A stretch of DNA of 64,000 nucleotides, taken from contig CBDCJO010000002.1 in NCBI GenBank assembly GCA_965217865.1, forward strand, positions 64,001 through 128,000, in the 5' to 3' direction. Source of the stretch: Candidatus Latescibacterota bacterium. Lineage in GTDB: Bacteria; Latescibacterota; UBA2968; SICM01. Positions 53,122 to 64,000 of the stretch are shown here, piece after piece. A model generated the notes under the pieces. The model did not search any database and had not been told where the DNA came from. It worked only from the letters and a program-made list of their open reading frames with translations. The position numbers were made by a program, and so were the translations under genes. Positions within the stretch are counted from its first letter, which is position 1, and the number at the start of each line of letters is the position of its first letter.

Positions 53122-54486
53122 ATGGAAAGCCTATCCACAGATGCCCAGCTAGTCGCCGCCGCACTCTCTGGCAGCCTTTATGCATTCGAAGCCTTGGTGG
53201 TACGCCATCAGGACCGCCTCTACTTGCAGGCGCTGAGTTATGTGCACACTAAGGAAGAGGCACAGGATGCTCTTCAGGACGCATTCTTGAAGGCCTTAAA
53301 CCAGCTTGAGACTCTGAAGGAGCACTCTCGATTCTCATCCTGGGTGGGGCAGATACTTCGCAACATCTGCCTCAACAGGTTGAGGGACAATCGCCGCCAC
53401 CAAGCCGTGGCGAAGTCGGTTGTCGAGGTGACGGATCTCGGAGAACATCCAGAGCAGCCCGTTATCCGGAATGCAGTGTTCCAGAAACTGTTTTCAAGGC
53501 TTTCTGTGAAAAGCGTCCAGGCACTTACACTGCATTATCTGGAAGGGTATTCGATTCAGGATGTGGCTCTTCTGGTACGAACGACCCCTGCAAGTGTGAA
53601 ACAGCGGCTATACAGGGCGCGCAGGCAGCTTCAGGAGGAGGTCACTCGCATGGCAAGAGATGACAAGAGCAAGCATGATCTGCCCGAAGGATTCACAGCA
53701 CGGACCATTGTCCGACTCTTGGAACAGGGCAAGAGGGATCGATTGTATATGAGGATGGATGAGGCGCGCGCACGCTTCAGAGAAGCACTGGAGGTGTCCC
53801 CGGACTATCCTGAGGCATTGATGGAGCTCGGACGGACATATGACCCGATAAAGGGCCCCTCCGAGGAAGAGGCGGCAACCCTTCAACGAGCCGCGAAAGC
53901 GGCGCCGGACTCCATCGATGTTGCGTTCGAGCTTACCGCTGTATGGGCGGGCGACCAGCAAAAGCAGGCCACGGCAATCGAGAAATGCCTGGAGCTGTGT
54001 AGTCTGCGGCTTGCGAAGGACCCCGATGACATGGTTGCCCTCACTGCCAAGGCGCAGATGTTTTTGTGGAAACGCGACTTTTTTGAAGAGATGGAGAAAG
54101 TTGCCCGCCATGCCGTCACTGTGGCCCCTAAAGACCAGCAGTGCCTGAACTACCTCGCTTTGTCACTGGCTCGACAGAACCGGTGGGATGAGGCCTATCC
54201 GGTGTATGAGACCATGTACGGACTAGACCAAAAGACCGTATGGGCCTATGTCGCACTTCGGCAAATGGGGTCCTATCTGGCATTCCACAGGGGTGATTGG
54301 GACAGGGCCGTGGGCGTGCAGGAGAAGGTGTGGGACCTCACTGGGAGACCAAACGAGGCTGGCAACCTTATCTATTTCTATGGACGGGCCGGGATGCTGG
54401 AAAAGGCCGAAGCGCTATTTAATAAGGTCAAAGATCACCGCCATCCGGCGAGGGTTTACGAGGTCGTTGGGAAAGAGGCATTTTGA
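53122..54486 (+). CDS. ECF RNA polymerase sigma factor with C-terminal TPR-like extension
   Basis: Region 2 (AFEALV.RH, AQDALQDAF, FSSW..ILRN) and region 4 (LHYLEGYS...SVKQRLYRAR), then TPR-like helices (ALEVSPDYPEALMELG). Confidence 0.85.
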   Translation: MESLSTDAQLVAAALSGSLYAFEALVVRHQDRLYLQALSYVHTKEEAQDALQDAFLKALNQLETLKEHSRFSSWVGQILRNICLNRLRDNRRHQAVAKSVVEVTDLGEHPEQPVIRNAVFQKLFSRLSVKSVQALTLHYLEGYSIQDVALLVRTTPASVKQRLYRARRQLQEEVTRMARDDKSKHDLPEGFTARTIVRLLEQGKRDRLYMRMDEARARFREALEVSPDYPEALMELGRTYDPIKGPSEEEAATLQRAAKAAPDSIDVAFELTAVWAGDQQKQATAIEKCLELCSLRLAKDPDDMVALTAKAQMFLWKRDFFEEMEKVARHAVTVAPKDQQCLNYLALSLARQNRWDEAYPVYETMYGLDQKTVWAYVALRQMGSYLAFHRGDWDRAVGVQEKVWDLTGRPNEAGNLIYFYGRAGMLEKAEALFNKVKDHRHPARVYEVVGKEAF

Positions 54487-54556
54487 ATGCTCCGCAACCG
54501 TGTGCCTAAAAATTTCTTCTGTGGTTACGATTTGGCCAACGCCGTCTAACACATCC

Positions 54557-54740
54557 TGACCTGTTTGGGGATTGTGGACACACCAAGAGGTAGTATATTT
54601 TGTAGGTATAGGAGGTGTGTCTATGAAAGGTCAAGGAGCTTCACATCCGGGAAAGCGGTATGATTCTGAGTTCAAGAGAGAGTCGGTGCGTCTGGCTGAC
54701 ACCAGTGGAAAGACGGACCGGCAGATAGAACGGGACCAGG
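54557..54740 (+). mobile_element. IS3-family left end and orfA fragment
   Basis: Terminal TGACCTGTTTGGGGATTGTGGACAC; KRYDSEFKRESVRL...RQIERD. Confidence 0.7.
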
Positions 54741-54949
54741 AATCGGCTAGGCGCCACGAACGCGCCTAGACCGAACCGCCATCGGCGGATTGCTCCCGGA
54801 CTCCCTGGGTCATATCAATATCTGCGTGGTCTGGATGGGCCGGCAAGGGGAAAGGGCTACCTGTGGGAAGCGTTCTTCTCTGCATGGGATAGCTACCTGG
54901 AGGACGACTCGGACGATGTTTCCAAGCCGAACGCGCACATATCTCCCCC

Positions 54950-55184
54950 TTCAAAGCGTGACATGGATGGTACGATGTCACGCTTTGAACGTCATGTAAG
55001 TCCTTGTAAACAAAAGAATGTCACGGTGTCACGCTTTGATCCCCCCAACACTGCGGCGACATCTACGGAGGATGACATCGAGGCGTTCGATGAACGCGCG
55101 GGGATCATGGAGCATGAGGGTGGAATGACTCGCGAGGAAGCCGAAGCTCGGGCTCTCGAGATGCTCGACCCCGATCACGAGTGA
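54950..55184 (+). pseudogene. Phage/ICE replication-gene-like 3' remnant with TGTCACG repeats
   Basis: FDERAGIMEHEGGMTREEAE motif; GCGTGACAT / ATGTCACG repeated four times. Confidence 0.45.
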
Positions 55185-55731
55185 GGTCCCGGGCCGCAAA
55201 TCCACGGGACCGGGACCTTCTCACTTCGCCCACGTGCCGTCTGTGCCGTGCCGCCCGTTTTGTGGAGGTCGCGTCCCCCTTTTCCCGGATTCAGAAAGAA
55301 TAGTCGCATAACGGGCCGGATCTGTGCCCTCAACGCTGTCTCGAGCTCGCCACTGACCCACGCCAGAAATCTCCCAACGGAATCAAATTCCACAAGTTGT
55401 CATCCCTCAATCGCCATGAGACACCCTGCGCCCTCAAAATCTGGCGATCTGTTTCCCGGAGAAGGACTTGAAAGGCCGGAGGCGGTCGCCACTGTCCCAA
55501 CGCCATAGTCCCACACGGACAGACGGCAAATTGGGGGCGACAGCCGAGCCCCCACTGGAGTTCGGGGTTCCATGCCCAGGCGCATATCTTGAACTGCTGC
55601 GCGTTCACAACCCCGCGCCGCCACACCGATGATTTCATCAAGCAACCCTCCCTCTCCCGCTCCAGGGCCAGGACATCGGCGCGGAAGTTATGACTGACGA
55701 ACAGAGAATGGTTCCGGGGAGAGGATCATAT

Positions 55732-56080
55732 GGGGAGCCAGATTCCCATCCGCCAACTTCGGCGGTCGTCCGTTAACGCAAGACCCCGTGGGGCAACCCT
55801 CCGGGGTCTTGTCGTTTCTGCCGTATTTACAAACACTTGGGCCACCTCCCCCTCTCTCTGCCGGTTCTCTGTTTCGAAGCGTTCCCCCGGTATTCGAGTA
55901 CAACCGTGGGGACTGCATCCGCTGAGCAGAGATATCTCCTCTGGATTCTCTGATTCTCTGTTTTTCCCGTCGGCCTTGTTTAACAGCCCGGTTGCATCCG
56001 GGCGGACGGTTTCGACGTTTTGGAAGGTCCTCCGGTACGTATCTGCTGGAAGTCGGGGGTCGGCCCGGTGGGTCCGGTCA
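55732..56080 (+). repeat. ~260-bp non-coding block, copy 2, plus IS1182 right end
   Basis: Aligns by eye with 35727-36050. Confidence 0.85.
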
Positions 56081-56510
56081 CAGCTTACGGCAACTCACCG
56101 GACAGCGAAGCGGCCATGCGCCCGGAATCGTAGCCAGCGCAAGCCCCCCAGTCCACCTGCCCAGGGCGATGCCTTTCAAGCAGCGGTGGTGGCGATTTTC
56201 GCAAGGCCTGTTAAAAGGCGCGTCGGTTCCTCCCGTCAACAGGAAATACGGGCGACCCTGGCAAGGGGGGGGGGGGTAAAAGTGTTCAGTGATCGACTTT
56301 GTGAAACCGCAAGATCGGTTCGAGTCCGTTCGGATGAGAGGATGGGAGAATGTACACAGGCGTCTGACCGAGATGGGAAATTCTGCGGACACGATCCTGC
56401 GTTCCAACTTTCTCAAGGAGGAGATAAAACGCCTGCGTCGGTGGTCGACGATTCGTCCCGACGACTGTTCTGCGATTGATGAAGATGGGCAAAGGGAGGA
56501 TCTCGTTTAA

Positions 56511-56692
56511 CAGCCCGGTTGCATCCGGGCGGCCGGTTTCGACGTTTGGGAACGTCTTCCGGTATCCGCTGGAAGCGGCCCGTGCGCCCAGAGTCCGTTG
56601 TGGATGCCGCCGCGGGATTCAAGAGTTGACCGGATACGCCAATTGTCATATATTTTCCGCAGTGTCTGTCTGGTTTCCCTTGAAGAGAGATT
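56511..56692 (-). mobile_element. IS1182-family right end (third copy)
   Basis: TTAA|CAGCCCGGTTGCATCCGG matches 55980; 56613-56691 matches 36100-36180. Confidence 0.7.
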
Positions 56693-56709
56693 GGTCGAAG
56701 GCGGCTGCT

Positions 56710-56910
56710 GAAGAAGGTCGGGCCGGTATCGTTGGAGGTCGCTGCCGTCACGCGCAACGAGATTCTGTACTCCCTGAACAAGCCCGAGGACTTCATCCTC
56801 GGGATCGTGGAGTTTCTGGACGACGGCCGGCATCAGGTCCACTACGTTCGTGAACCCTTTCAGCGCGAGCCGGATTTTGGAGTGACAAGCGTCAACTACG
56901 ATTTATTACG
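56710..56910 (+). pseudogene. DUF3883 C-terminal fragment of an SNF2-type helicase
   Basis: VTRNEILYSLNKPEDFIL.IVEF...HYVREPFQREPDFGVTSVNYD. Confidence 0.65.
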
Positions 56911-57070
56911 CAAGACGACGAACGGCTGTTGTACGTCGAGGTGCGTCGACTGGCGCAGGTAATGACCCCGAACAAAAAGTAGTGGAGGGGGGGTCATCCA
57001 CGCGACGTGATCTATTGCTCGGAGATCTATGAGACCCGGCGACGCTGCCGGTCTTGTTGGTGGGGAGGTT

Positions 57071-58280
57071 ATGGACGAGACACGCGGCGATCTGCCGCGA
57101 CCCGAGACGCCTAAGGACGGAGAAGACTGGCTCACTCTCCGAGAACGGGAAACGGCCGGGGAGCTTCGGCTCCTAGATCCCCACCTCGCGGGCCTATACG
57201 AACGCGGGCTCGCGCTGGCACGTCAGATCGATCAGCCTGGAAACGCCTATCTAGTCGCTCACGCTGGGCGTGAGCTTTCACGCGGGGTCCTGCAACTCCT
57301 GTTGAGGGATGAGGGTCTGGAGGTTGCTGCCGAAGACCTTGAGAGCGTGTCTTCGAACGAACGCAACCGACCGCGCATCGCAGAGGCTCTGGGGCTGGAG
57401 ACTGATGACCCGCGTGTTGATGAGTGGTTGCACCTCGTAAGACAATTCTCAAGTGCTGCCCACTGGCGATTCGGTGGCCCGCAGGCGATCGCTGTGCGCG
57501 AAGCTATTGAGAGATTCACCAGCTTGTTGTACGGCCGCGTGGCGCCGTACTACGTAACCGAGGCCGAGTTGGACGAGCTACTCAAGGTCGAGACCCCCAA
57601 CAGTCAACACGCGAAGCGACTCCGTGACCTTCAGCTCCGTCATGGACAGCGGAACTACTTCTTCCAACAGCTAAGAAATCCGGGGTGGGTGAAGTACCTC
57701 GCGGCCGAGGGCTTCTTCACGAGCCCGCCAGGCCGGCAGCAGAACGCTGATGGCTCGTGGAGCCCCAAGCCATGGCCTGAAGGCAATTACCTCGTGTTAG
57801 CTGCAGCTGATGAACCGGCGGCAGTGCTGGAAACTTTGAATTCAATTCCTTTGACGAACGATAACCCCTTCGTGTGGGATGTCGTGGCTAAGGCCAGCCG
57901 CCATCTTCCTCCCGGTCTGGCCGCATGCATTGTTCCAACTCTAACGAACGCCCTCAAGACTGTACCGGCAACATCGGCGAGGATCTTCAGTGAGAGCGTG
58001 GTGGATCTTCTGGTCTGGCTCGCCGAGACGGAACAGATAGAGGCGGCATTCGACCTCGCAACTTATCTCCTCCGAGTCGCGTGTCCGAGTGAGACGGAGG
58101 AAATGGAAGGACTATCCTTCCGTGTGCGGACCCACTGGGTTTTCCCGCGTTTCGGCTGGCACGACTACGCTGAGCTCCTAGGACGCCTCGTGGATGCGCT
58201 CGAAGCTCTAGATGCTACAAGAACTCTGGCGTTCCTGCTATCGAAGGTCCGGGGCGTGCAAAGGCTTACTGACCAGCTAG
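57071..58280 (+). pseudogene. Large helical hypothetical protein truncated by IS1182 insertion
   Basis: RBS GGGAGG before ATG 57071. The ORF reads into the IS end at CTAG 58277-58280 and stops at 58291. Confidence 0.65.
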
Positions 58281-58582
58281 CAGCCTGTTGAAAAAGTGCA
58301 TTTATGCCAAGATGACTGTTGTCTTTCCTTGTGGTTTGGTCCTATGATATATCAGGTTCAAACTGAGAAGGGAGGACGAGCAAATGGCAATGGGAAAACG
58401 AGGCCGACAGAGACAGGAAAACCTGTTCATCGCATCGAACACTTTGGTGAAATCTCCGGGTCATCCGTTCTACGAGAAGCTGAATCAGGTATTGGGGGCG
58501 AACGGGTTCGACGAGTTCGTCGAAGGGCTTTGCCAGCGGTATTACGCTCCTCATATGGGTCGCAAGGGCATTCCGCCCGGGT
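58281..58582 (+). mobile_element. IS1182-family left end and transposase N-terminus
   Basis: CAGCCTGTTGAAAA; MAMGKR...PGHPFYEKLN...GFDEFVEGLC...GRKGIPPG. Confidence 0.75.
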
Positions 58583-58659
58583 CCACTTCCTCTCTCCCCT
58601 ACAGTCAAAACTGTGCCCTACAAGAGACCACAGCATCCCATTTTAGGAGAGGTCGATGG

Positions 58660-58808
58660 CTAATCGCGGTCTGGTACAACCCCCATCGGCGACACTCAGC
58701 ACTCGGATATCTCTCTCAAATGAACTTCGAGAAGACCTCCAGCGCTGTCGCCCTTGCAGCCGACTGAATCGCAACTGATAAACCGTCCGCTAAACCGGGG
58801 TAACTCCA
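58660..58808 (+). mobile_element. IS3-family orfB tail and right end
   Basis: WYNPHRRHSALGYLS; terminal CCGTCCGCTAAACCGGGGTAACTCCA. Confidence 0.75.
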
Positions 58809-58870
58809 TGAGAGAGGCGAACGCCAATGGCGTTGAAACTGCGGCGACAGCCTGAGGGATTACGAAGTAA

Positions 58871-60484
<1,614 letters not shown>

Positions 60485-60559
60485 GAAAACAAGCAGTATC
60501 CACCTTAGGATCAACAACCGTATGTGGTGTAGCAAAATGATTGCTGAGGGTCACTACCT

Positions 60560-61576
60560 GTGAACACTGCAACGCAGAAATATCTTGCCGCCCTGAAGGC
60601 CGACTACAAGTCGGTCACCGGCCAAACTTGGAGTCATTTCTTTTGTCCGATTCTCCATCAAGACGAGGACACAGAATTGTGTCGCGCCCACGTGATTAAT
60701 AAATCTTTCCGGAATTCCGACCGTGCGTGGACCATCCAGCGGGCGGATGTCGATTCTTTTTACGGCACCTTGATGGAAGAAGAATTCTCGGCCCTGCAGG
60801 AGAAAGACCATCAACAACATCATGGTGAGTTGGGCGTAGTGGTTGACCAGAATCTTCATCGAAAACTCAACCCGGTGATCAAACGGGATGGTGAAGTCGT
60901 AGGTCACTACATACCCCAAGGCCCAGTCCCGAAAGAGCACTCAGAGATTTGGCTGGTTAGCCCGGACAAACTTAGCCGCTTGGCACTGAAGATTTCTCCA
61001 GACCAAATCCAAGAGGCCAGCAACTGGGAGGTAGGCATTAATAAGATGTTTCCTCTGCAGGCACTCGCGTCACTACTCAAAGCCGCACACCTAACGCTAT
61101 TTCACCTCCTTGGATACCGATATGCCTTATCAGGTAGTGGTTTCTTTCTCGGCATGGACGTGTTGGGTCGTTTCTTTCTTGATTCTCGTCATATGGAACG
61201 GAAGCGTGCCCTTGAGCGTGCATATTCCCACTTCGGGAAATTCGCAAACTTGGTTCGTCCAATCCTCTCAAGGCCGTTGACTTTCCAAGGCACGTTGACG
61301 GATGACCTTCTCTATCTTTGCATGAGCGGCGATGAGCCGTGGGCCTGTATAGTTTTTGTCCGCACCGGAAACCACATGCACGGAGTTGTTGTACCTACCT
61401 TGGACAACAGCAGAAATTCCGACCGATTCGTTCATTTTTGCAGGACGCCACATCAGACGCTGAAGGTGAGACTTGCTCGATGGATGGGAGGTGTCTGGGA
61501 GATTTCCCCCAATTGTAAAATTCTTGAATGGCCCGAGGCGCAGCTTGATGCCGCCATCAGTTTGGGAGCCAAGTAG
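60560..61576 (+). CDS. Hypothetical protein, possibly a degenerate HNH nuclease
   Basis: FFCPIL...ELCRAHVIN...VDSFYG resembles an HNH N-terminus; located inside the R-M operon. Confidence 0.5.
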   Translation: MNTATQKYLAALKADYKSVTGQTWSHFFCPILHQDEDTELCRAHVINKSFRNSDRAWTIQRADVDSFYGTLMEEEFSALQEKDHQQHHGELGVVVDQNLHRKLNPVIKRDGEVVGHYIPQGPVPKEHSEIWLVSPDKLSRLALKISPDQIQEASNWEVGINKMFPLQALASLLKAAHLTLFHLLGYRYALSGSGFFLGMDVLGRFFLDSRHMERKRALERAYSHFGKFANLVRPILSRPLTFQGTLTDDLLYLCMSGDEPWACIVFVRTGNHMHGVVVPTLDNSRNSDRFVHFCRTPHQTLKVRLARWMGGVWEISPNCKILEWPEAQLDAAISLGAK

Positions 61577-61577
61577 C

Positions 61578-62000
61578 ATGAGCATTAATACGGATTTCCT
61601 CAGACGTTGCCTAGACACGCTGGAACGCGCCTTGAGTGAACTCAAGCGTAGCGACCCGGATAGCATTGCCTATGACATCTACCGAGCGGCCTGCGTCAAA
61701 GAGTTTGAAATCGTCCTGGAGCAGAGCGGTAAGTTGCTGAGGAAGCGACTCGGCGCCTATTTCGCCAGCAACCGTCAGGCGGATCGTCTGGCCTTCAAGG
61801 ATCTTTTCCGGCACACCGCCAAACATGGCCTGATCGACCCGGACACATGCGAGCGCTGGCTGAAGTACCGCGACAATCGCAACGACACCGCACACGACTA
61901 TGGCGAAGGCTTCGCTGAAACCACGCTCAAGCTGTTGCCCGACTTTATCGCCGATGCCGAGGCGCTTGCCGGGGTGATCGAAGAGGCGGACGATGACTGA
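61578..62000 (+). CDS. HEPN / nucleotidyltransferase substrate-binding protein (HI0074 family)
   Basis: ACVKEFEIVLEQ, KDLFR, RNDTAHDY (RX4HXY). Confidence 0.85.
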   Translation: MSINTDFLRRCLDTLERALSELKRSDPDSIAYDIYRAACVKEFEIVLEQSGKLLRKRLGAYFASNRQADRLAFKDLFRHTAKHGLIDPDTCERWLKYRDNRNDTAHDYGEGFAETTLKLLPDFIADAEALAGVIEEADDD

Positions 62001-63642
62001 AGGGCTGCATCTTTCGCTGAGGCACCGCGAGAAGATCAAGGCGTTGTTGCGCAAGCATCTGCCTGGCGTCGAAGTGTGGGCTTATGGCAGCCGCGTCAAT
62101 GGCCGAAGCCATGACGGCAGCGATCTCGACTTGGTGCTGCGCGACCCAGAACTTGCCGAGATCGACGCATCGCGGCTGGCCGAGTTCACGAAAGCGCTTC
62201 GGGAATCCACCGTTCCCTTTCTGATAGAAGCGCGCGACTGGGCGCGCCTGCCGGAGAGTTTCCGCCGGGAGATCGAGCGCGAACATGTGGTAATGGTGGG
62301 GGCTGAACAGGACAGCGGGCCAGAAGAGATTGAAAAGAAGGACGCAGTCGGTGATTGGTCCAATATGCCATTCAGTGATGCGGTGCTGGTCAATCCGCCT
62401 GTGCCCCTCGAACGTGGCAAGACCTATCCGTTTGTTGAGATGGTTGCCGTAAATGCGGAATCTCGGTCTGCATATTCATCGGATAAACGCGACTTTCGCG
62501 GTGGAGGGTCCAGATTCGAAAACGGCGACACACTCATGGCGCGTATTACGCCTTGCCTTGAGAACGGGAAGGTAGCCCGCTACCGCACATGTAGCAGTCC
62601 CGGAAGCGCCGCACACGGCTCGACGGAATTCATCGTTATCCGCGGACGTCCGGGCGTCACAGATCCAGCGTTCTCCTACTATCTGACGCAGTGGGAGGAA
62701 GTGCGCAACTACGCAATTGGTCAGATGACTGGTACATCTGGGCGTCAAAGAGTCCCAACAGAGTCTCTGGACCACCTCACGGTCTCGATACCGTCCCTCC
62801 CCGAGCAATGCGCCATCGCGCACATCCTGGGCACGCTGGACGACAAGATCGAGTTGAACCGGCGCATGAACGAGACGCTGGAGGCGATGGCCCGGGCGCT
62901 GTTCAAGTCCTGGTTCGTCGATTTCGACCCCGTTCGGGCGAAGATGAAAGGCCATGATACGGGGCTGCCGCAAGAGATCGCCGACCTTTTTGCCGATCGG
63001 ATGGTGGAGTCCGAGTTAGGTGAGATTCCGGAGGGGTGGAGGGTTGCCGATATCGAGAGCCTCTGCGTATCAATCACAAGCGGGGGGACGCCCGCTCGAA
63101 AGGATCCAATCTTTTGGAAGCGCGGTGCGATTCCTTGGTACAAAACAGGCGAACTCCTTGATGGCCCACTCATTGACTCCGAGGAATATATCACTGAGAC
63201 AGCAATCAGCAACTCGTCAACCAAGCTGTGGCCTGCTGGGACAATTTTGTTTGCTCTGTACGCATCGCCAACAGTGGGGAGGCTGGGAGTGCTTGCAAAG
63301 CCAGGAACAGCAAACCAAGCAGTGGCTGGCCTTATCGTAAAGTCGGCGTATGGTGTGCCTTTTCTCAGACGCATGCTTATTGAGGCAAGAGGTTTCTTAA
63401 GGGCTATTGCGGTTGGAGCAGCACAGCAGAACATCAACCAGAGGATCCTCAAAACGCATCGGCTCATTGTCCCCAAAATTGCCGTCGCTGGGGCATATTC
63501 TCGATTGATGGCAACGTGCGACGAACAGCAAGTCGTAATAGCGGAAGAATCCCGCACCCTAGCCGGCCTGCGAGATGCACTGCTGCCGAAGTTAGTTTCG
63601 GGTGAGTTGCGAATGGACGAAGAAAATGCCAAGGACATATAA
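61993..63642 (+). CDS. hsdS: Minimal nucleotidyltransferase (MNT) fused to type I specificity subunit
   Basis: N-term AYGSRVNGRSHDGSDLDL, then TRDs (ARITPCLENGK, GTSGRQRV, SGGTP), EQ..IAHILGTLDDKIELN, LRDALLPKLVSGE. Confidence 0.9.
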   Translation: MTEGLHLSLRHREKIKALLRKHLPGVEVWAYGSRVNGRSHDGSDLDLVLRDPELAEIDASRLAEFTKALRESTVPFLIEARDWARLPESFRREIEREHVVMVGAEQDSGPEEIEKKDAVGDWSNMPFSDAVLVNPPVPLERGKTYPFVEMVAVNAESRSAYSSDKRDFRGGGSRFENGDTLMARITPCLENGKVARYRTCSSPGSAAHGSTEFIVIRGRPGVTDPAFSYYLTQWEEVRNYAIGQMTGTSGRQRVPTESLDHLTVSIPSLPEQCAIAHILGTLDDKIELNRRMNETLEAMARALFKSWFVDFDPVRAKMKGHDTGLPQEIADLFADRMVESELGEIPEGWRVADIESLCVSITSGGTPARKDPIFWKRGAIPWYKTGELLDGPLIDSEEYITETAISNSSTKLWPAGTILFALYASPTVGRLGVLAKPGTANQAVAGLIVKSAYGVPFLRRMLIEARGFLRAIAVGAAQQNINQRILKTHRLIVPKIAVAGAYSRLMATCDEQQVVIAEESRTLAGLRDALLPKLVSGELRMDEENAKDI

Positions 63643-64000
63643 ACCGCAAGGCCGCCGCGAGGTTAAGCCGCACTGTGCTCTCTGCAATACTCCACTTAAC
63701 GAGGCTAATGGAAGTAAAGAACACGTCATTCCAAACGCCCTTGGCGGACGCAAAGCGATCCGAAAATTTATATGTAAACAGTGCAACAATACTACCGGAG
63801 CAACTTGGGATAATGAGCTTGCCGCCCAGCTACAACCCCTATGCACTATGTTGAATATCCGGAGATTTCGAGGAAGAAATCAGCCAGTTACAATCGAAAC
63901 TGTCAAGAATGAGAAATTTTTGATGCGTCCTGATGGATCACTGACGATACCAAAAACAGTTTTATCGGAACAAAATCTCGGTGATGATCTAACTCAATTA
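63626..64000 (+). CDS. HNH endonuclease family protein (partial, runs off window)
   Basis: CALC...SKEHVIPNALGG...ICKQCNN...WD; start overlaps the end of hsdS; not in the ORF track because it is incomplete. Confidence 0.8.
   Translation, partial: MPRTYKPQGRREVKPHCALCNTPLNEANGSKEHVIPNALGGRKAIRKFICKQCNNTTGATWDNELAAQLQPLCTMLNIRRFRGRNQPVTIETVKNEKFLMRPDGSLTIPKTVLSEQNLGDDLTQL

Noticed and set aside
58384-58767. 127-aa ORF as a real gene
   Set aside because: It is a chimera of an IS1182 N-terminus and an IS3 orfB tail.

Overview
This 64-kb bacterial window is a heavily eroded defence/accessory island with a patchwork of GC contents. It holds two type I restriction-modification loci: a complete one at 772-7909, and a second running off the right edge whose HsdS is fused to an MNT nucleotidyltransferase next to a HEPN gene. 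Also present are a DUF1156-type methylase with a frameshifted endonuclease, a TM0106 nuclease-helicase, futalosine menaquinone genes (mqnE-mqnC-mqnA), a broken tailoring-enzyme cluster (AMP-ligase fragment, HemN-like radical SAM, HEAT protein, flavin amine oxidase, CYTH proteins), two ABC modules, an ECF sigma-TPR fusion, attC-like cassette remnants and many IS remnants (IS200, IS630, IS1182, IS256, IS1380, IS3, ISL3, IS110). The best novelty candidate is a 1547-aa NLR-like protein (NTP_transf_5-type nucleotidyltransferase + NACHT/STAND ATPase + about 14 WD40 repeats), followed on the same strand by an ABC exporter, DUF1854, HlyD and CYTH genes. I saw no rRNA, complete tRNA or CRISPR array. 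All family calls come from recognising motifs by eye; no database searches were run.
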